Shown: positions 39,804-50,217 of the stretch, piece after piece
How the letters are laid out: each line of letters opens with the position of its first letter
Position numbering within the stretch: position 1 is the first letter of the stretch
Source of the DNA: Acholeplasmatales bacterium
Lineage (GTDB): Bacteria > Bacillota_I > Bacilli_A > Acholeplasmatales > Anaeroplasmataceae
Assembly (NCBI GenBank): GCA_017454375.1
Contig: JAFTDB010000033.1
Span: 170,967-234,966 of the forward strand
DNA: 64,000 nucleotides
Reading direction: 5' to 3'
The notes under the pieces: model-generated
What the model was told of the DNA's origin: nothing
Databases searched by the model: none
The model's input: only the letters and a program-made list of their open reading frames with translations
Translations under genes and position numbers: made by a program

Positions 39804-39878
39804 AGCAACTTAGCCAAGTGGTAAGGCCCCGGACTCTGACCCCGGTATGCACAGGTTCGAACCCTGTAGTTGCTGCCA
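39804..39878 (+). tRNA. tRNA-Gln (CTG)
   Basis: Acceptor AGCAACT/AGTTGCT, D-arm GCC-AAGTGGTAA-GGC, anticodon loop CT-CTG-AC, T-arm ACAGG-TTCGAAC-CCTGT, G73 and encoded CCA. Confidence 0.95.
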
Positions 39879-39935
39879 AACAATAAAATAACCGTCATTT
39901 TTGGCGGTTTTAATTTTAAAATATTAGGTGAAATT

Positions 39936-40526
39936 ATGATTGTAAAGAACGAAACAACACTAAATAAAGATGATTGCTATGATATGATGCTTCAATCTAC
40001 TAAGAAAGAATATATTCAAAAATCTTATTTAATAATTTTTATGTTTATAGCTGGCTTAGTAATTATGATTGTAGGCTTAACTATGGCACAAGATGCTTCA
40101 AATAATAAATTATTATTTACTGTTACAGGCGCTATTTTCTTAGCTTTAGGCTTAGTTTATCTAGGTGTAACATTATTTAATATCCACCGTATTCCAAAGC
40201 TAATTAGAACTAAAAATAGAGACTTATGTGAATATGGTATTTCATATAATTTCCAATTCAAAGAAGAAAGTGTTGAATTATCTTGTAAAACACTAGATAA
40301 GACATCTAAACAAAAGATTAGCTATAATAATTTAAAAAAGACATATGAATATGAAGATTTATTCGTTATGATTTTTTCTGATGGTACATATTTATATGTT
40401 AAAAAGGATGGCTTTGAAGAACCTAAATCTATGGATATTTTCCGCAAAAACATCACTAAAATTGCTGGAAATGATAAGAAGAAAAGAAAATTAATTTTAA
40501 AAAATAAGAAGTATTATAATAAGTAG
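39936..40526 (+). CDS. YcxB-like membrane protein
   Basis: Two TM helices followed by F.EE.V...ISY.N.KK.YE.EDLF.......LYVKKDGF; AGGTG RBS. Confidence 0.75.
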   Translation: MIVKNETTLNKDDCYDMMLQSTKKEYIQKSYLIIFMFIAGLVIMIVGLTMAQDASNNKLLFTVTGAIFLALGLVYLGVTLFNIHRIPKLIRTKNRDLCEYGISYNFQFKEESVELSCKTLDKTSKQKISYNNLKKTYEYEDLFVMIFSDGTYLYVKKDGFEEPKSMDIFRKNITKIAGNDKKKRKLILKNKKYYNK

Positions 40527-40589
40527 TCACATTTGTGGCTATTTATTTTTTTATAAATTGTGTTATAATCTTCCAAAGGAGAAAAAATT

Positions 40590-42575
40590 ATGAGAAAGAA
40601 ATTATTTTTTAGCTTTGCATTAACATGTGGAATTATAGTGCTTGCTTCCTGTGGTGGGAATAATACGCCTACACAAACTACCACATCAACTGTAGCACCT
40701 ACAACAACCACAACTATAGAACCAACTACTACAACAAGTGGTGTGACATCTACATCTACAACTACTACACAACCTACCACAACTACTACAACAACACCAA
40801 TTGTAGAAGAAATGAGCTATGTTGAGAAAAATGTAAATATTTATAGAGAAAAAGATGTTGTTGATAAAACTATAAAATTAAGATTTTATGAAGAAACACC
40901 TAATGTTCCTTATATAGGTGTAAAAGAATATTATAAAGAATTCTTTAAAAATAACCTAACAATGGTTAAGCATAACAATTCTTATCAATATACAACCGAA
41001 AACGATGGATTTTTAAAATTTGATAGTATTGATGATATTATTACTTTATATGATACAAGCCAATTTTCACATCATCCTGATTTTAAACAATCAAATTCAC
41101 AAACATTTATGAGCGTTGTTGATGGAAAAACTACACCACTTCATGAAAAATCAATAGCTTTATCTCCATATCATATTGATATTCATGGTGATGAAGAAGC
41201 ATATGTACCAATGTCTTTATTATCTTCATTTTCAGGTGGTTTAAATGGATATTATATTTCATATAATGGTAAATCTATTTATGTACTTGATACACGTGGT
41301 CAATTAGTTGATACTAATACAGATTATGCATATTTTAAGACATCTGAAGAATATATGTCTACATTCTTAGATTTTGAAACAGAAAGAGCAGAAGACATGA
41401 TTATATATAATTATGGTCAATTATGCTTCAATTTTGACAATTTAAGAGGATATACATCTCAAATGGTATTTGGCGATAATAATTTATTAACGATTGGCTT
41501 AGATGGTATACTTGAAAATTACTATCCAGAAATAAAAGAATTATTATTATCTAAAGATAAAAAAGAATATTATACTGGATATTATTTAACATTATCTGGT
41601 TTATATGATGGTGGTCATACTGGCGCATTTAATGCAGGGGACAAATATATAGTCGATTCAATTAATGCTGTAAAGGAAGCTGATAAGATCACTCAAAGCA
41701 TGAGGGATTTAATGACTAAGGTATATAATAGAGATAGGAATAAAATGATTACTACGACATATGTAACCTTGGCTAAAAAGGCAGCTTTCCCTGAATATGT
41801 ATCTGCAACAGAAGCTGCAAGTAATCCAGATAAAGAATTAAACGCATATCTATATAATTTTGATAATAACACTAAGACTGCATATATTTCATTTGATTCA
41901 TTTGAAGTAAATTATGAAGGTTGGGATAATTATTATAAAAATGGTAAGAAAGAATCAGATATCCCAACAACTGGTGATAGCTATGCATTTATTAGAAAAT
42001 CATTATATCAAGCAGTAGATGATCAAGCTAGAAATGTAGTTATCGATTTAACTACTAATGGTGGTGGTGATTCACTTGCCTTATCTGGTATAGTATGCTT
42101 ATTAAATAAGGCTAAATGTGATTATGTTGTGAATGATACATTAAATATGAATCGTTCTACAACTACATTCTTTGCTGATATTAACTTAGATGGAGAATGG
42201 AATGATGAAGATATAGCTGAATGTAATAAATTTAATTTTAGTATTGCTATATTAACATCAGCTAAGGCATTTTCATGTGGTAACCTACTTCCAAGTATTT
42301 TAAAGGAGATTGGATATGCGATAATTGGTCAAAGAAGTGGTGGTGGCTCTTGTGCTATATCAATTGAAACAACTGCTGATGGCCTACCTTATGTTCGTTC
42401 ATCAAATCATTGCTTATCTAATACTGCCGGTGAGAATATTGATGTAGGAGTTCCTCTAGATTTAGAAATTGAAATTGGTGGAACTGCTGAAACTCCAGAT
42501 TATTCAAAATTCTTTGATTTTACAACAATTAATGATTATTTTGTTAGTCTAGGCTTAGCTCCCGAAGAATTATAA
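40590..42575 (+). CDS. S41-family peptidase lipoprotein with a Thr-rich linker
   Basis: LASC lipobox; DGGHT, IDLTTNGGG, AFSCGN and IIGQRSGGG motifs. Confidence 0.85.
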   Translation: MRKKLFFSFALTCGIIVLASCGGNNTPTQTTTSTVAPTTTTTIEPTTTTSGVTSTSTTTTQPTTTTTTTPIVEEMSYVEKNVNIYREKDVVDKTIKLRFYEETPNVPYIGVKEYYKEFFKNNLTMVKHNNSYQYTTENDGFLKFDSIDDIITLYDTSQFSHHPDFKQSNSQTFMSVVDGKTTPLHEKSIALSPYHIDIHGDEEAYVPMSLLSSFSGGLNGYYISYNGKSIYVLDTRGQLVDTNTDYAYFKTSEEYMSTFLDFETERAEDMIIYNYGQLCFNFDNLRGYTSQMVFGDNNLLTIGLDGILENYYPEIKELLLSKDKKEYYTGYYLTLSGLYDGGHTGAFNAGDKYIVDSINAVKEADKITQSMRDLMTKVYNRDRNKMITTTYVTLAKKAAFPEYVSATEAASNPDKELNAYLYNFDNNTKTAYISFDSFEVNYEGWDNYYKNGKKESDIPTTGDSYAFIRKSLYQAVDDQARNVVIDLTTNGGGDSLALSGIVCLLNKAKCDYVVNDTLNMNRSTTTFFADINLDGEWNDEDIAECNKFNFSIAILTSAKAFSCGNLLPSILKEIGYAIIGQRSGGGSCAISIETTADGLPYVRSSNHCLSNTAGENIDVGVPLDLEIEIGGTAETPDYSKFFDFTTINDYFVSLGLAPEEL

Positions 42576-42660
42576 TAATATAAGTGCTGTATAATCGGCA
42601 CTTATTTTTATAGAAATAATTACTATTATATAGTAAAATAGAACAAAGGGGATGGTTAAT

Positions 42661-43929
42661 ATGAAGAATCCAAACGAACTAAGAAATATGGTTTTATACC
42701 AAGTCTTTGTACGTCAATATGGAATGAATCATAATTTTATTGATGTAAAGAATGATTTACCAAGAATTAAAGAAATGGGCGTAGATATTCTCTATTTAAT
42801 GCCTATTTTTACAATTGGTGAGAAAAATAGAAAGGGAAGCTTTGGTTCACCATACGCAATCTATGATTATAACCAAATAGATCCATTTTTAGGTGGAGAA
42901 GAGATGCTTAAGGATTTAATTAAGGCTACTCATGAAATTGGTATGAAAATAATTGTAGATTTAGCCTTAAATCATACATCCTGTGATGCTACATTACTTC
43001 AAGAGAATGAAGATTATTATTACCATAAAGATGGTGAAGTATTTAGAAAATGCCAGGATTGGTCAGATGTATATGATCTAGATTATAATAATAAGGAATT
43101 ACATAATATTATTATTAATAAGGTATGTAATTTATTAAAACTAGGCTTTGATGGCTTTAGAATGGATGTATGCTCATTAATTCCAATGGATTTTTGGCAT
43201 GAGCTACATAAAGAGCTTGTTAAGATTAATGATGATGTAATCATGATTGGTGAATCAGTTCATCCAGAATTTAGGGATTACATCCTAAAGCTAGGTGTAG
43301 AAGCCCCATCTGATGGAGAATTATATGAAGTCTTTGATTGCCTATATCAATATGATATAGATGCCTCTATGAAGAATATGAAGGATTCTAGACTTAAAAA
43401 GATAGGTGACTACCTTAAGGATGTAGAACATCAACAAATTCTTTTTAGTAAGCCTAAATTAAGATATCTGGAAAACCATGATACAGAACGTATCGCTTCC
43501 TATAATATACCTAAGCTACATTCCTTACATGCTTTAAATCATTTCCTACCAGGTTTACCATTTATCTATAATGGCGAAGAATATGGTATTAAGCACCGTC
43601 CTGATCTATTTGAACTTGATAGGATTAAATTTGAAGAGAAAAGAGAAGATTATTTCACTTTATATAAAAAGCTATATCCAATTAAAAAGATGGATTACTT
43701 TAAAATCAATGATTTTAAGGTAATATCATATGATAATAATGTTATTATCTTAAGATATAAAGGGAAGAAAAAGAATTTATATGGCATCTTCAATTTTGGT
43801 AATGATAAGATATTATATCTAGATTACCTAAATGAAGGAGATATGGTTAATCTAATTAATAAAAAGCCATTTACTATTGGTCAGGATAGAAGAGTAGTAG
43901 TAAAAGATATATTAATATTTGAAAATTAA
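42661..43929 (+). CDS. GH13 alpha-amylase-family glycosidase
   Basis: LYQVFVR, GSPYAI, DLALNHTS, and catalytic GFRMD / GES / ENHD. Confidence 0.93.
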   Translation: MKNPNELRNMVLYQVFVRQYGMNHNFIDVKNDLPRIKEMGVDILYLMPIFTIGEKNRKGSFGSPYAIYDYNQIDPFLGGEEMLKDLIKATHEIGMKIIVDLALNHTSCDATLLQENEDYYYHKDGEVFRKCQDWSDVYDLDYNNKELHNIIINKVCNLLKLGFDGFRMDVCSLIPMDFWHELHKELVKINDDVIMIGESVHPEFRDYILKLGVEAPSDGELYEVFDCLYQYDIDASMKNMKDSRLKKIGDYLKDVEHQQILFSKPKLRYLENHDTERIASYNIPKLHSLHALNHFLPGLPFIYNGEEYGIKHRPDLFELDRIKFEEKREDYFTLYKKLYPIKKMDYFKINDFKVISYDNNVIILRYKGKKKNLYGIFNFGNDKILYLDYLNEGDMVNLINKKPFTIGQDRRVVVKDILIFEN

Positions 43930-43945
43930 AATTTTATTAATAAAA

Positions 43946-43975
43946 ATAGGAAGAGTTGCTGAACTCTTCCTATTT
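43946..43975. terminator. Bidirectional terminator
   Basis: AATAGGAAGAGTT-gctg-AACTCTTCCTATT. Confidence 0.75.
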
Positions 43976-44470
43976 TACTTCTAATGCCATTACATAATCA
44001 TCCATCACATAACCATTACCTATATCGTTAACTACGGATTTAATCTTTTTGAATCCGTATTTTTCATATGCCTTTATGGCAGCTGTATTATGCTTGTTAA
44101 CATTTAGAGTAATAGTTTTACCAAAATATGATAGATTCTTAATAACCTTTTCTAATATTCCTTTATGTTGGAAATTAGGTAATAGATATATTTTAGATAT
44201 ATAGATGCCATCATCATCAAACTTAAATGATACGTAGCCCATTTTGTTTTTATCTTCTGATAATAATAAAAGATATCTGTATCCATCCTTCATAGACTTC
44301 TTAATAGCCTTTGGTGATAAGAATAGATTTAACATATATTTAATTTGGTCATTAGATAAAATATTTTTATAAGTAAATGGCCATACTATAGAAGAAATAG
44401 TGACTATATCATTGATTTCTTCATCAGTTTCTACAAGCTCAATATACTTATCTAAACTTATGTTTTCCAT
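43970..44470 (-). CDS. GNAT N-acetyltransferase
   Basis: ISKIYLLPNFQHKG, LNVNKHNTAAIKAYEKYGF and DIGNGYVMDDYVM motifs. Confidence 0.9.
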   Translation of the reverse strand: MENISLDKYIELVETDEEINDIVTISSIVWPFTYKNILSNDQIKYMLNLFLSPKAIKKSMKDGYRYLLLLSEDKNKMGYVSFKFDDDGIYISKIYLLPNFQHKGILEKVIKNLSYFGKTITLNVNKHNTAAIKAYEKYGFKKIKSVVNDIGNGYVMDDYVMALEVK

Positions 44471-44527
44471 AAAATAACCTCGAGATTTATTTTATTATAA
44501 TAAAATACAAAGTCAAGATTTTTAGGA

Positions 44528-44541
44528 TGTAAGCGTTAACA
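44528..44541. promoter_or_regulatory. cre / LacI-family operator-like site
   Basis: TGTAAGCGTTAACA fits the TGWAANCGNTNWCA consensus; lies in the divergent intergenic region. Confidence 0.55.
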
Positions 44542-44564
44542 TGAAAAAGAATAAAAATAACTAA

Positions 44565-44623
44565 TTGACTAATTTTTTTATTTGAATATAATGTTTGATG
44601 TAAAACAATTTGATATTAAACAA
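44565..44623 (+). promoter_or_regulatory. marR operon promoter with tandem operator-like boxes
   Basis: TTGACT...TATAAT followed by TGTTTGATGTAAAACA and ATTTGATATTAAACAA (imperfect palindromes, 15-nt period). Confidence 0.55.
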
Positions 44624-44637
44624 TAAGGAGGTAATTT

Positions 44638-45069
44638 ATGCCTAGAATTGGTAAAGATATAAATTGTCTAAGCTTAAAAATTCGTAGAGCGATTGGTAAT
44701 CTTCCAGCTGTATCTAAATTAAACAATATATCTGGAAGTAATGTTTTTATTATTGTCTATATTTATAAAAATAAAGACCATGATATCTACCAACGTGATA
44801 TCGAAAAAGAATTTGGTATGACCAGATCTACAGTATCATCTATTTTAAAGCTAATGGAACAAAAGAATCTATTAACTAGAGAGAATGTAGATGGTGATGC
44901 AAGGCTTAAAAAGATTTTATTAACAGAGATTGCTGAAGAATATGCAATCGATGTAATTAAAGCCTTAGAAGACTTTGAGAAGAAGCTATCTAAGAATTTA
45001 ACTAAAGAAGAGTTATCTTCATTTAGTGATATTATGGAAAAAATAGAAAATAATTTAATGGAGGTATAG
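44638..45069 (+). CDS. MarR-family transcriptional regulator
   Basis: QRDIEKEF.MTRSTVSSILKLME.K.L..R....DARLK.I.LT. Confidence 0.92.
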   Translation: MPRIGKDINCLSLKIRRAIGNLPAVSKLNNISGSNVFIIVYIYKNKDHDIYQRDIEKEFGMTRSTVSSILKLMEQKNLLTRENVDGDARLKKILLTEIAEEYAIDVIKALEDFEKKLSKNLTKEELSSFSDIMEKIENNLMEV

Positions 45070-45070
45070 A

Positions 45071-46843
45071 ATGATTTGGAAACTTTTAAGATCTACTAAA
45101 GGTTATATATCTGCAAGTATTTTCTCTATGCTATTTATGGTTGGAGAAGTAGGACTTGAGTGTTGTTTACCCTTTTTCACATCAAAATTAGTCGATCAGA
45201 TGAACAACAATGATACTAAGATGTTAATTATCTATAGTATTGTCTTAGTTGTTATGGCTATGGCATCACTTGCTTGTGGTGCATTATCTGGTAAATATGC
45301 TGCGAGAGCATCTGCAGGATTTGCGAAGAATTTAAGAAGAAATATGTATGAAAATATCACTTCATTTTCTTTTTCAAATATCGACAAATTCCAAGCTTCT
45401 AGCTTAGTAACTAGAATGACTACAGATGTTACAAATGTTCAAATGGCATATATGATGATTATTCGTACAGCTGTACGTTCACCATTAATGCTAATTTTCT
45501 CATTTGTAATGTCATTCGTTTTAGCTCCATCTTTAGCTTGGATATTCGTTATTGTAATTCCTGTTTTAGCATTCTTCTTGGTGTTAATTATGTATTTAGC
45601 TATGAAGATATTTAGAAGAATCTTCAAAAAATACGATTTGGTTAATGAATCTATAAAAGAAAATATCGATGGTATTAGAGTAGTTAAATCATTTGTTAGA
45701 GAGGATTATGAAATTGCTAAATTCGATAAGAATGCAGCTGATCTACGTCGTGACTTCACTAAGGCTGAAAGAATCATTGCTTGGAATGGTCCAGTTATGC
45801 AATTTTGTGTTAACTCATTAATGATTTTAATTATGATAATTGGTTCAAGCGTTATCATTAATGGTGCTAGCTATGATGTAACTACTGGTATAGTAGAGTT
45901 TGGTGATGTAACAATTGGTGAGCTACAATCATTAGTTACATATGGCTTCCAATCACTAATGGCAGTCATGATGCTATCTATGGTTATGGTTATGATTGTT
46001 ATCTCAATTGAATCTGCAAGAAGAATTGTAGAAGTATTAGATGAAAAATCATCATTAACTAACCCTGAAGACCCAGTTTACGAAGTGGAAGATGGTAGTG
46101 TAGTATTTAATGATGTTTCATTTAAATATAGTGAGCATGCTCAAAAGAATTCACTTGAGGGAATTAACCTAAATATTAAGAGCGGTCAAACTGTTGGTAT
46201 CATCGGTACTACAGGTTCATCTAAGACTACCCTAGTTAACCTTATTTCACGTCTTTATGATGTAACTGAGGGCGAAGTGCTAGTTGGTGGTAAAAACGTA
46301 AAAGAATACGATTTAAAGACTTTAAGAGACAATGTAGCAGTAGTACTTCAAAAGAATCTACTTTTCAGTGGTACAATTGCTGAAAACCTACGTTGGGGTA
46401 ATGAGAATGCAACTGAAGAAGAAATCAAGCATGCATGTGATTTAGCGTGTGCTTCTGAATTCGTAGAATCATTCCCTGATAAATATAATACTCATATCGA
46501 TCAAGGTGGTTCTAACGTATCTGGTGGTCAAAAGCAACGTCTATGTATCGCAAGAGCTCTACTTAAGAATCCAAAGATTATAATCTTTGATGACTCTACA
46601 TCAGCTGTCGATACAAAGACTGATGCGATTATCAGAAAGGGATTAAAGGAATATATCCCATCTACAACTAAGATTGTTATCGCTCAAAGAATTTCATCAA
46701 TTCAGGATGCTGATTTAATTGTAGTTATGGATGATGGTAAAATTAATCAAGTTGGTACTCATGAAGAATTACTTGCTAATAATGAAATCTATAAAGAGGT
46801 TTATTATTCTCAAAATAAGATAGGAGGTGCTCAAAATGCCTAG
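45071..46843 (+). CDS. Heterodimeric ABC exporter subunit A (degenerate ATPase site)
   Basis: TMD + NBD; GTTGSSKTT, VSGGQKQR, FDDSTSAVD, IAQR. Confidence 0.92.
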   Translation: MIWKLLRSTKGYISASIFSMLFMVGEVGLECCLPFFTSKLVDQMNNNDTKMLIIYSIVLVVMAMASLACGALSGKYAARASAGFAKNLRRNMYENITSFSFSNIDKFQASSLVTRMTTDVTNVQMAYMMIIRTAVRSPLMLIFSFVMSFVLAPSLAWIFVIVIPVLAFFLVLIMYLAMKIFRRIFKKYDLVNESIKENIDGIRVVKSFVREDYEIAKFDKNAADLRRDFTKAERIIAWNGPVMQFCVNSLMILIMIIGSSVIINGASYDVTTGIVEFGDVTIGELQSLVTYGFQSLMAVMMLSMVMVMIVISIESARRIVEVLDEKSSLTNPEDPVYEVEDGSVVFNDVSFKYSEHAQKNSLEGINLNIKSGQTVGIIGTTGSSKTTLVNLISRLYDVTEGEVLVGGKNVKEYDLKTLRDNVAVVLQKNLLFSGTIAENLRWGNENATEEEIKHACDLACASEFVESFPDKYNTHIDQGGSNVSGGQKQRLCIARALLKNPKIIIFDDSTSAVDTKTDAIIRKGLKEYIPSTTKIVIAQRISSIQDADLIVVMDDGKINQVGTHEELLANNEIYKEVYYSQNKIGGAQNA

Positions 46844-48758
46844 AATGAATCTAAAACCAGGTAGAAAAGATTTAGATAGAAAAGCTACATTTAAGCGCCT
46901 TATGAAGTATGTATTCCATACTTATCCTATACATTTTGTTGTAATTATTATATGTATTGTTATTTGTGCAGTTGGTTCAATTTCTGCATCAATCTTCATG
47001 CCTAAGTTCATTGATGAGGTTATTCAACCAGGTATTAAAAATGGCTTTGATTCAGTAAAAGATCATTTAGTATTTTTAAGTGTATCTTTAGGTTCTATGT
47101 ATATTGTTTCATTTATAGCTTCAGCTATAATGAATCAATTAATCTGTGTAGTTACACAAGGCTTCTTATATAAGATGAGAATAGATATGTTCTCTAAGAT
47201 GGAGAAGCTACCTATCTCTTATTTTGATAGAAATGCTCATGGTGATATTATGTCAACATACACTAACGATGTTGATGCGATAAGACAATTAATATCACAA
47301 GCAATTCCTCAATTTTTACAAACTATGCTAACAGTAACTTTCTTATTTGGTATGATGCTATATTACAGCTTATGGCTAGCACTTGTTGTAGTTGTATCTG
47401 TATACTTCATCTTTATGGTAACTAAGAAGGTTGGCGGTGGTAGTGCTAAGTACTTTATGAAGCAACAAAAGTCAGTTGCTGTATGCGAGGGCTTTATTGA
47501 GGAAATGATGAATGGCCAAAAGGTTGTTAAGGTATTCTCTCATGAAGAACAAGCAAAAGCTGATTTTGCTAAGTTAAATGATGAATTAGAAGGCAATGCA
47601 TATAAAGCTAATGCTTATGCTAATATTTTAGCTCCAATCATTCATAATATTGGTAATATCTTATATGTAGTAATCGCAATTGTTGGTGTTATCCTATATA
47701 CAAATAACGCAATTAATGTTCATGCCTTTGGTGTAAACACATTAACTGTTGGTGTAGCAGTTGCCTTCCTAGGTATGTCACGTCAATTTGCTAACTCATT
47801 TAACCAAGTATCTCAACAAATTAATTCAGTTGTAATGGCTATGGCTGGTGCTGATAGAGTATTCCAGCTTTTAGATCAAACCGAAGAAGTAGATGATGGT
47901 TATGTAACACTTGTTAATGCCAACATTGATGAGGATGGTAATGTAACTGAAAGTGATGAATATACTGGTAAATGGGCTTGGAAGCACCCACATAAGGCTG
48001 ATGGAACTATCACTTATACAGAATTAAAGGGCGATATCCGCTTCTTTGATGTAGATTTCGGCTATTTCCCTGATAGATTAGTACTTCATGATGTATCAAT
48101 TTATGCAAAGCCAGGTCAACAAATTGCCTTAGTTGGCGCCACTGGTGCTGGTAAGACTACAATCACTAACCTAATCAACCGTTTCTATGATCTAGCAGAT
48201 GGTAAGGTTAGATATGATGGTATAAACATTAATAAGATTAAAAAAGCTGATTTAAGAAGAAGTATTGGTATTGTTTTACAAGATACTAACCTATTTACTG
48301 GTACAGTTAAGGATAATATCAAATATGGTAAGCTAGATGCTACAGATGAAGAGGTTTATGCAGCAGCTAAGATAGCTAACGCATATGATTTCATCACTCG
48401 TCTACCTGATGGCTTTGATACAATGCTAACTGGTAATGGTTCACAATTATCTCAAGGACAACGTCAATTAATTTCAATTGCTCGTTGTGCAATAGCTAAT
48501 GCGCCTGTAATGATTCTAGATGAAGCAACATCATCAATCGATACTCGTACTGAGGCTTTAGTACAAAAGGGTATGGATGGCTTAATGAAGGGTAGAACTG
48601 TATTCGTAATTGCCCACAGATTATCAACTGTTCAAAACTCTAACGCTATTATGGTATTAGACCATGGTGTAATCATTGAACGTGGTGACCATGAAGATTT
48701 AATTAAACAAAAGGGTACATATTATCAGTTATATACTGGTGCCTTTGAATTAGAATAA
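46836..48758 (+). CDS. Heterodimeric ABC exporter subunit B (consensus ATPase site)
   Basis: GATGAGKTT, LSQGQRQ, LDEATSSID, IAHRLST. Confidence 0.92.
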   Translation: MPRMNLKPGRKDLDRKATFKRLMKYVFHTYPIHFVVIIICIVICAVGSISASIFMPKFIDEVIQPGIKNGFDSVKDHLVFLSVSLGSMYIVSFIASAIMNQLICVVTQGFLYKMRIDMFSKMEKLPISYFDRNAHGDIMSTYTNDVDAIRQLISQAIPQFLQTMLTVTFLFGMMLYYSLWLALVVVVSVYFIFMVTKKVGGGSAKYFMKQQKSVAVCEGFIEEMMNGQKVVKVFSHEEQAKADFAKLNDELEGNAYKANAYANILAPIIHNIGNILYVVIAIVGVILYTNNAINVHAFGVNTLTVGVAVAFLGMSRQFANSFNQVSQQINSVVMAMAGADRVFQLLDQTEEVDDGYVTLVNANIDEDGNVTESDEYTGKWAWKHPHKADGTITYTELKGDIRFFDVDFGYFPDRLVLHDVSIYAKPGQQIALVGATGAGKTTITNLINRFYDLADGKVRYDGININKIKKADLRRSIGIVLQDTNLFTGTVKDNIKYGKLDATDEEVYAAAKIANAYDFITRLPDGFDTMLTGNGSQLSQGQRQLISIARCAIANAPVMILDEATSSIDTRTEALVQKGMDGLMKGRTVFVIAHRLSTVQNSNAIMVLDHGVIIERGDHEDLIKQKGTYYQLYTGAFELE

Positions 48759-48843
48759 TTATATGAAAAATGCATTTCGGTGCATTTTTCTTTTTATTTA
48801 TGAATAAAAACATGTTATAATCAAAAAAAGGTGGTAGAAAATT

Positions 48844-50154
48844 ATGGAAGCAGAAGTAAAACAAAAAAGAATTAAATGGAAAGATAGAACACCTGATAAT
48901 GATATAAAATATGCTGGTTATTTATCTTATCGTCACTTACGTATAATTGGCTGGGTGTGTCTAGCAATTGCCCAAATTGCTGGTGTTATGAGGCTTCAGA
49001 TTAAGCTTAATCCTGCAAGTCAGGAGGAATTAAAGGTATGGATGGAAATTTTTGGCTATATTTCAGCCCTACCATTACCATTATTCTTCTTAGCTAATTA
49101 TTCACAGATGACAGCTAAAAAGAGTAACTTTAAATCGATGTTTATCTCCTATGGTGGTATAGCATTAGCTCTTTATATAGTATCTAACTTTATTGTCATT
49201 ATGCATTTTGGCTATAGAGCAATGAAGTGTTTAGATTCCTCAACATCCTACGCTGATGCCTTTGAGTTTTTTGGTATTTTGTTACCAGCGATAGGTAAAG
49301 TTGGATATACGCTAAATATCTTTATTGATTTATTATTGATTACATTTTTATTTTTCTTCATTTATTATGAGCCTAAGAAATTCTTCCTAGGCAAGAAGAA
49401 GATATTATTTAGATTATTAGTAATATTACCAATTATCTATGAAATTGGTGCTATTTTTATTAAATATCAGACTTATTTTGGTGGAATGGAAATAAATAGC
49501 TTTGTTTTCTTCCTATTACCAAGTAAGCCACCACTTTTATTTGCAGCATTCGTAATTATTATCTTTGCTGTAAAAATAGCTGAAATAAGACATATTAAAA
49601 AAGAAGGACATAGTAAAGAAACTTGGGAAGAATACTCAAAAACTCATGCTCATTCATTAAGAGTTTCTATTTGTATATCTGTAGTATTCTTAATTTGTGC
49701 ATTACTTGATTTTGCCGCTATTATTGCAGCTATGCTTATAATTAGTGCTCAATCAGTTGGATATGCTAGTGATCCTTATATTCAAAGTCTACCATATTAT
49801 GAAGGTATGACTGTTGAACAAATACAAGAATATTATATTAACACAAAGATGTCTGCCTTCGCTAACGCAGGCTTTGGTGGCTCAGTAGCCTTAATTTTAA
49901 TTATTCCGCTAGTTATATTATTCTCATATACAAAGACTCATAAGGATACAAAGATTGATAAATTACTTCCAATCGCTGGTATTGGTTTAATTTTTGTTAT
50001 CTATTTAGAGGGTATGTTCCAAGTGGTAACTGGTAATATTGCAAGAATTATTCAAAACATTAAAGATATGTCTGTCCCTAATGCCCAGATACCTGGATAC
50101 TTTATGCTGAAGGTGGTTTTAGGACAGTTACCAAGCATAATTGCACCATTCTAA
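48844..50154 (+). CDS. Hypothetical multi-pass membrane protein
   Basis: About 10 hydrophobic segments; own promoter (TGTTATAAT) after the ABC terminator. Confidence 0.75.
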   Translation: MEAEVKQKRIKWKDRTPDNDIKYAGYLSYRHLRIIGWVCLAIAQIAGVMRLQIKLNPASQEELKVWMEIFGYISALPLPLFFLANYSQMTAKKSNFKSMFISYGGIALALYIVSNFIVIMHFGYRAMKCLDSSTSYADAFEFFGILLPAIGKVGYTLNIFIDLLLITFLFFFIYYEPKKFFLGKKKILFRLLVILPIIYEIGAIFIKYQTYFGGMEINSFVFFLLPSKPPLLFAAFVIIIFAVKIAEIRHIKKEGHSKETWEEYSKTHAHSLRVSICISVVFLICALLDFAAIIAAMLIISAQSVGYASDPYIQSLPYYEGMTVEQIQEYYINTKMSAFANAGFGGSVALILIIPLVILFSYTKTHKDTKIDKLLPIAGIGLIFVIYLEGMFQVVTGNIARIIQNIKDMSVPNAQIPGYFMLKVVLGQLPSIIAPF

Positions 50155-50217
50155 AATGGCAGTAAAATTTTAATATTGAAAATATTAAATAATATTGTAT
50201 AATATCTATGTTTTAAA

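Noticed and set aside
40670-40800. ACN-rich low-complexity tract as a phase-variable or CRISPR-like repeat
   Set aside because: It is mixed Thr codons in frame within a lipoprotein linker, with no perfect unit repeat or spacer structure.
39879-43929. Possible genomic island integrated at tRNA-Gln
   Set aside because: I found no integrase and no duplicate of the tRNA 3' end downstream.
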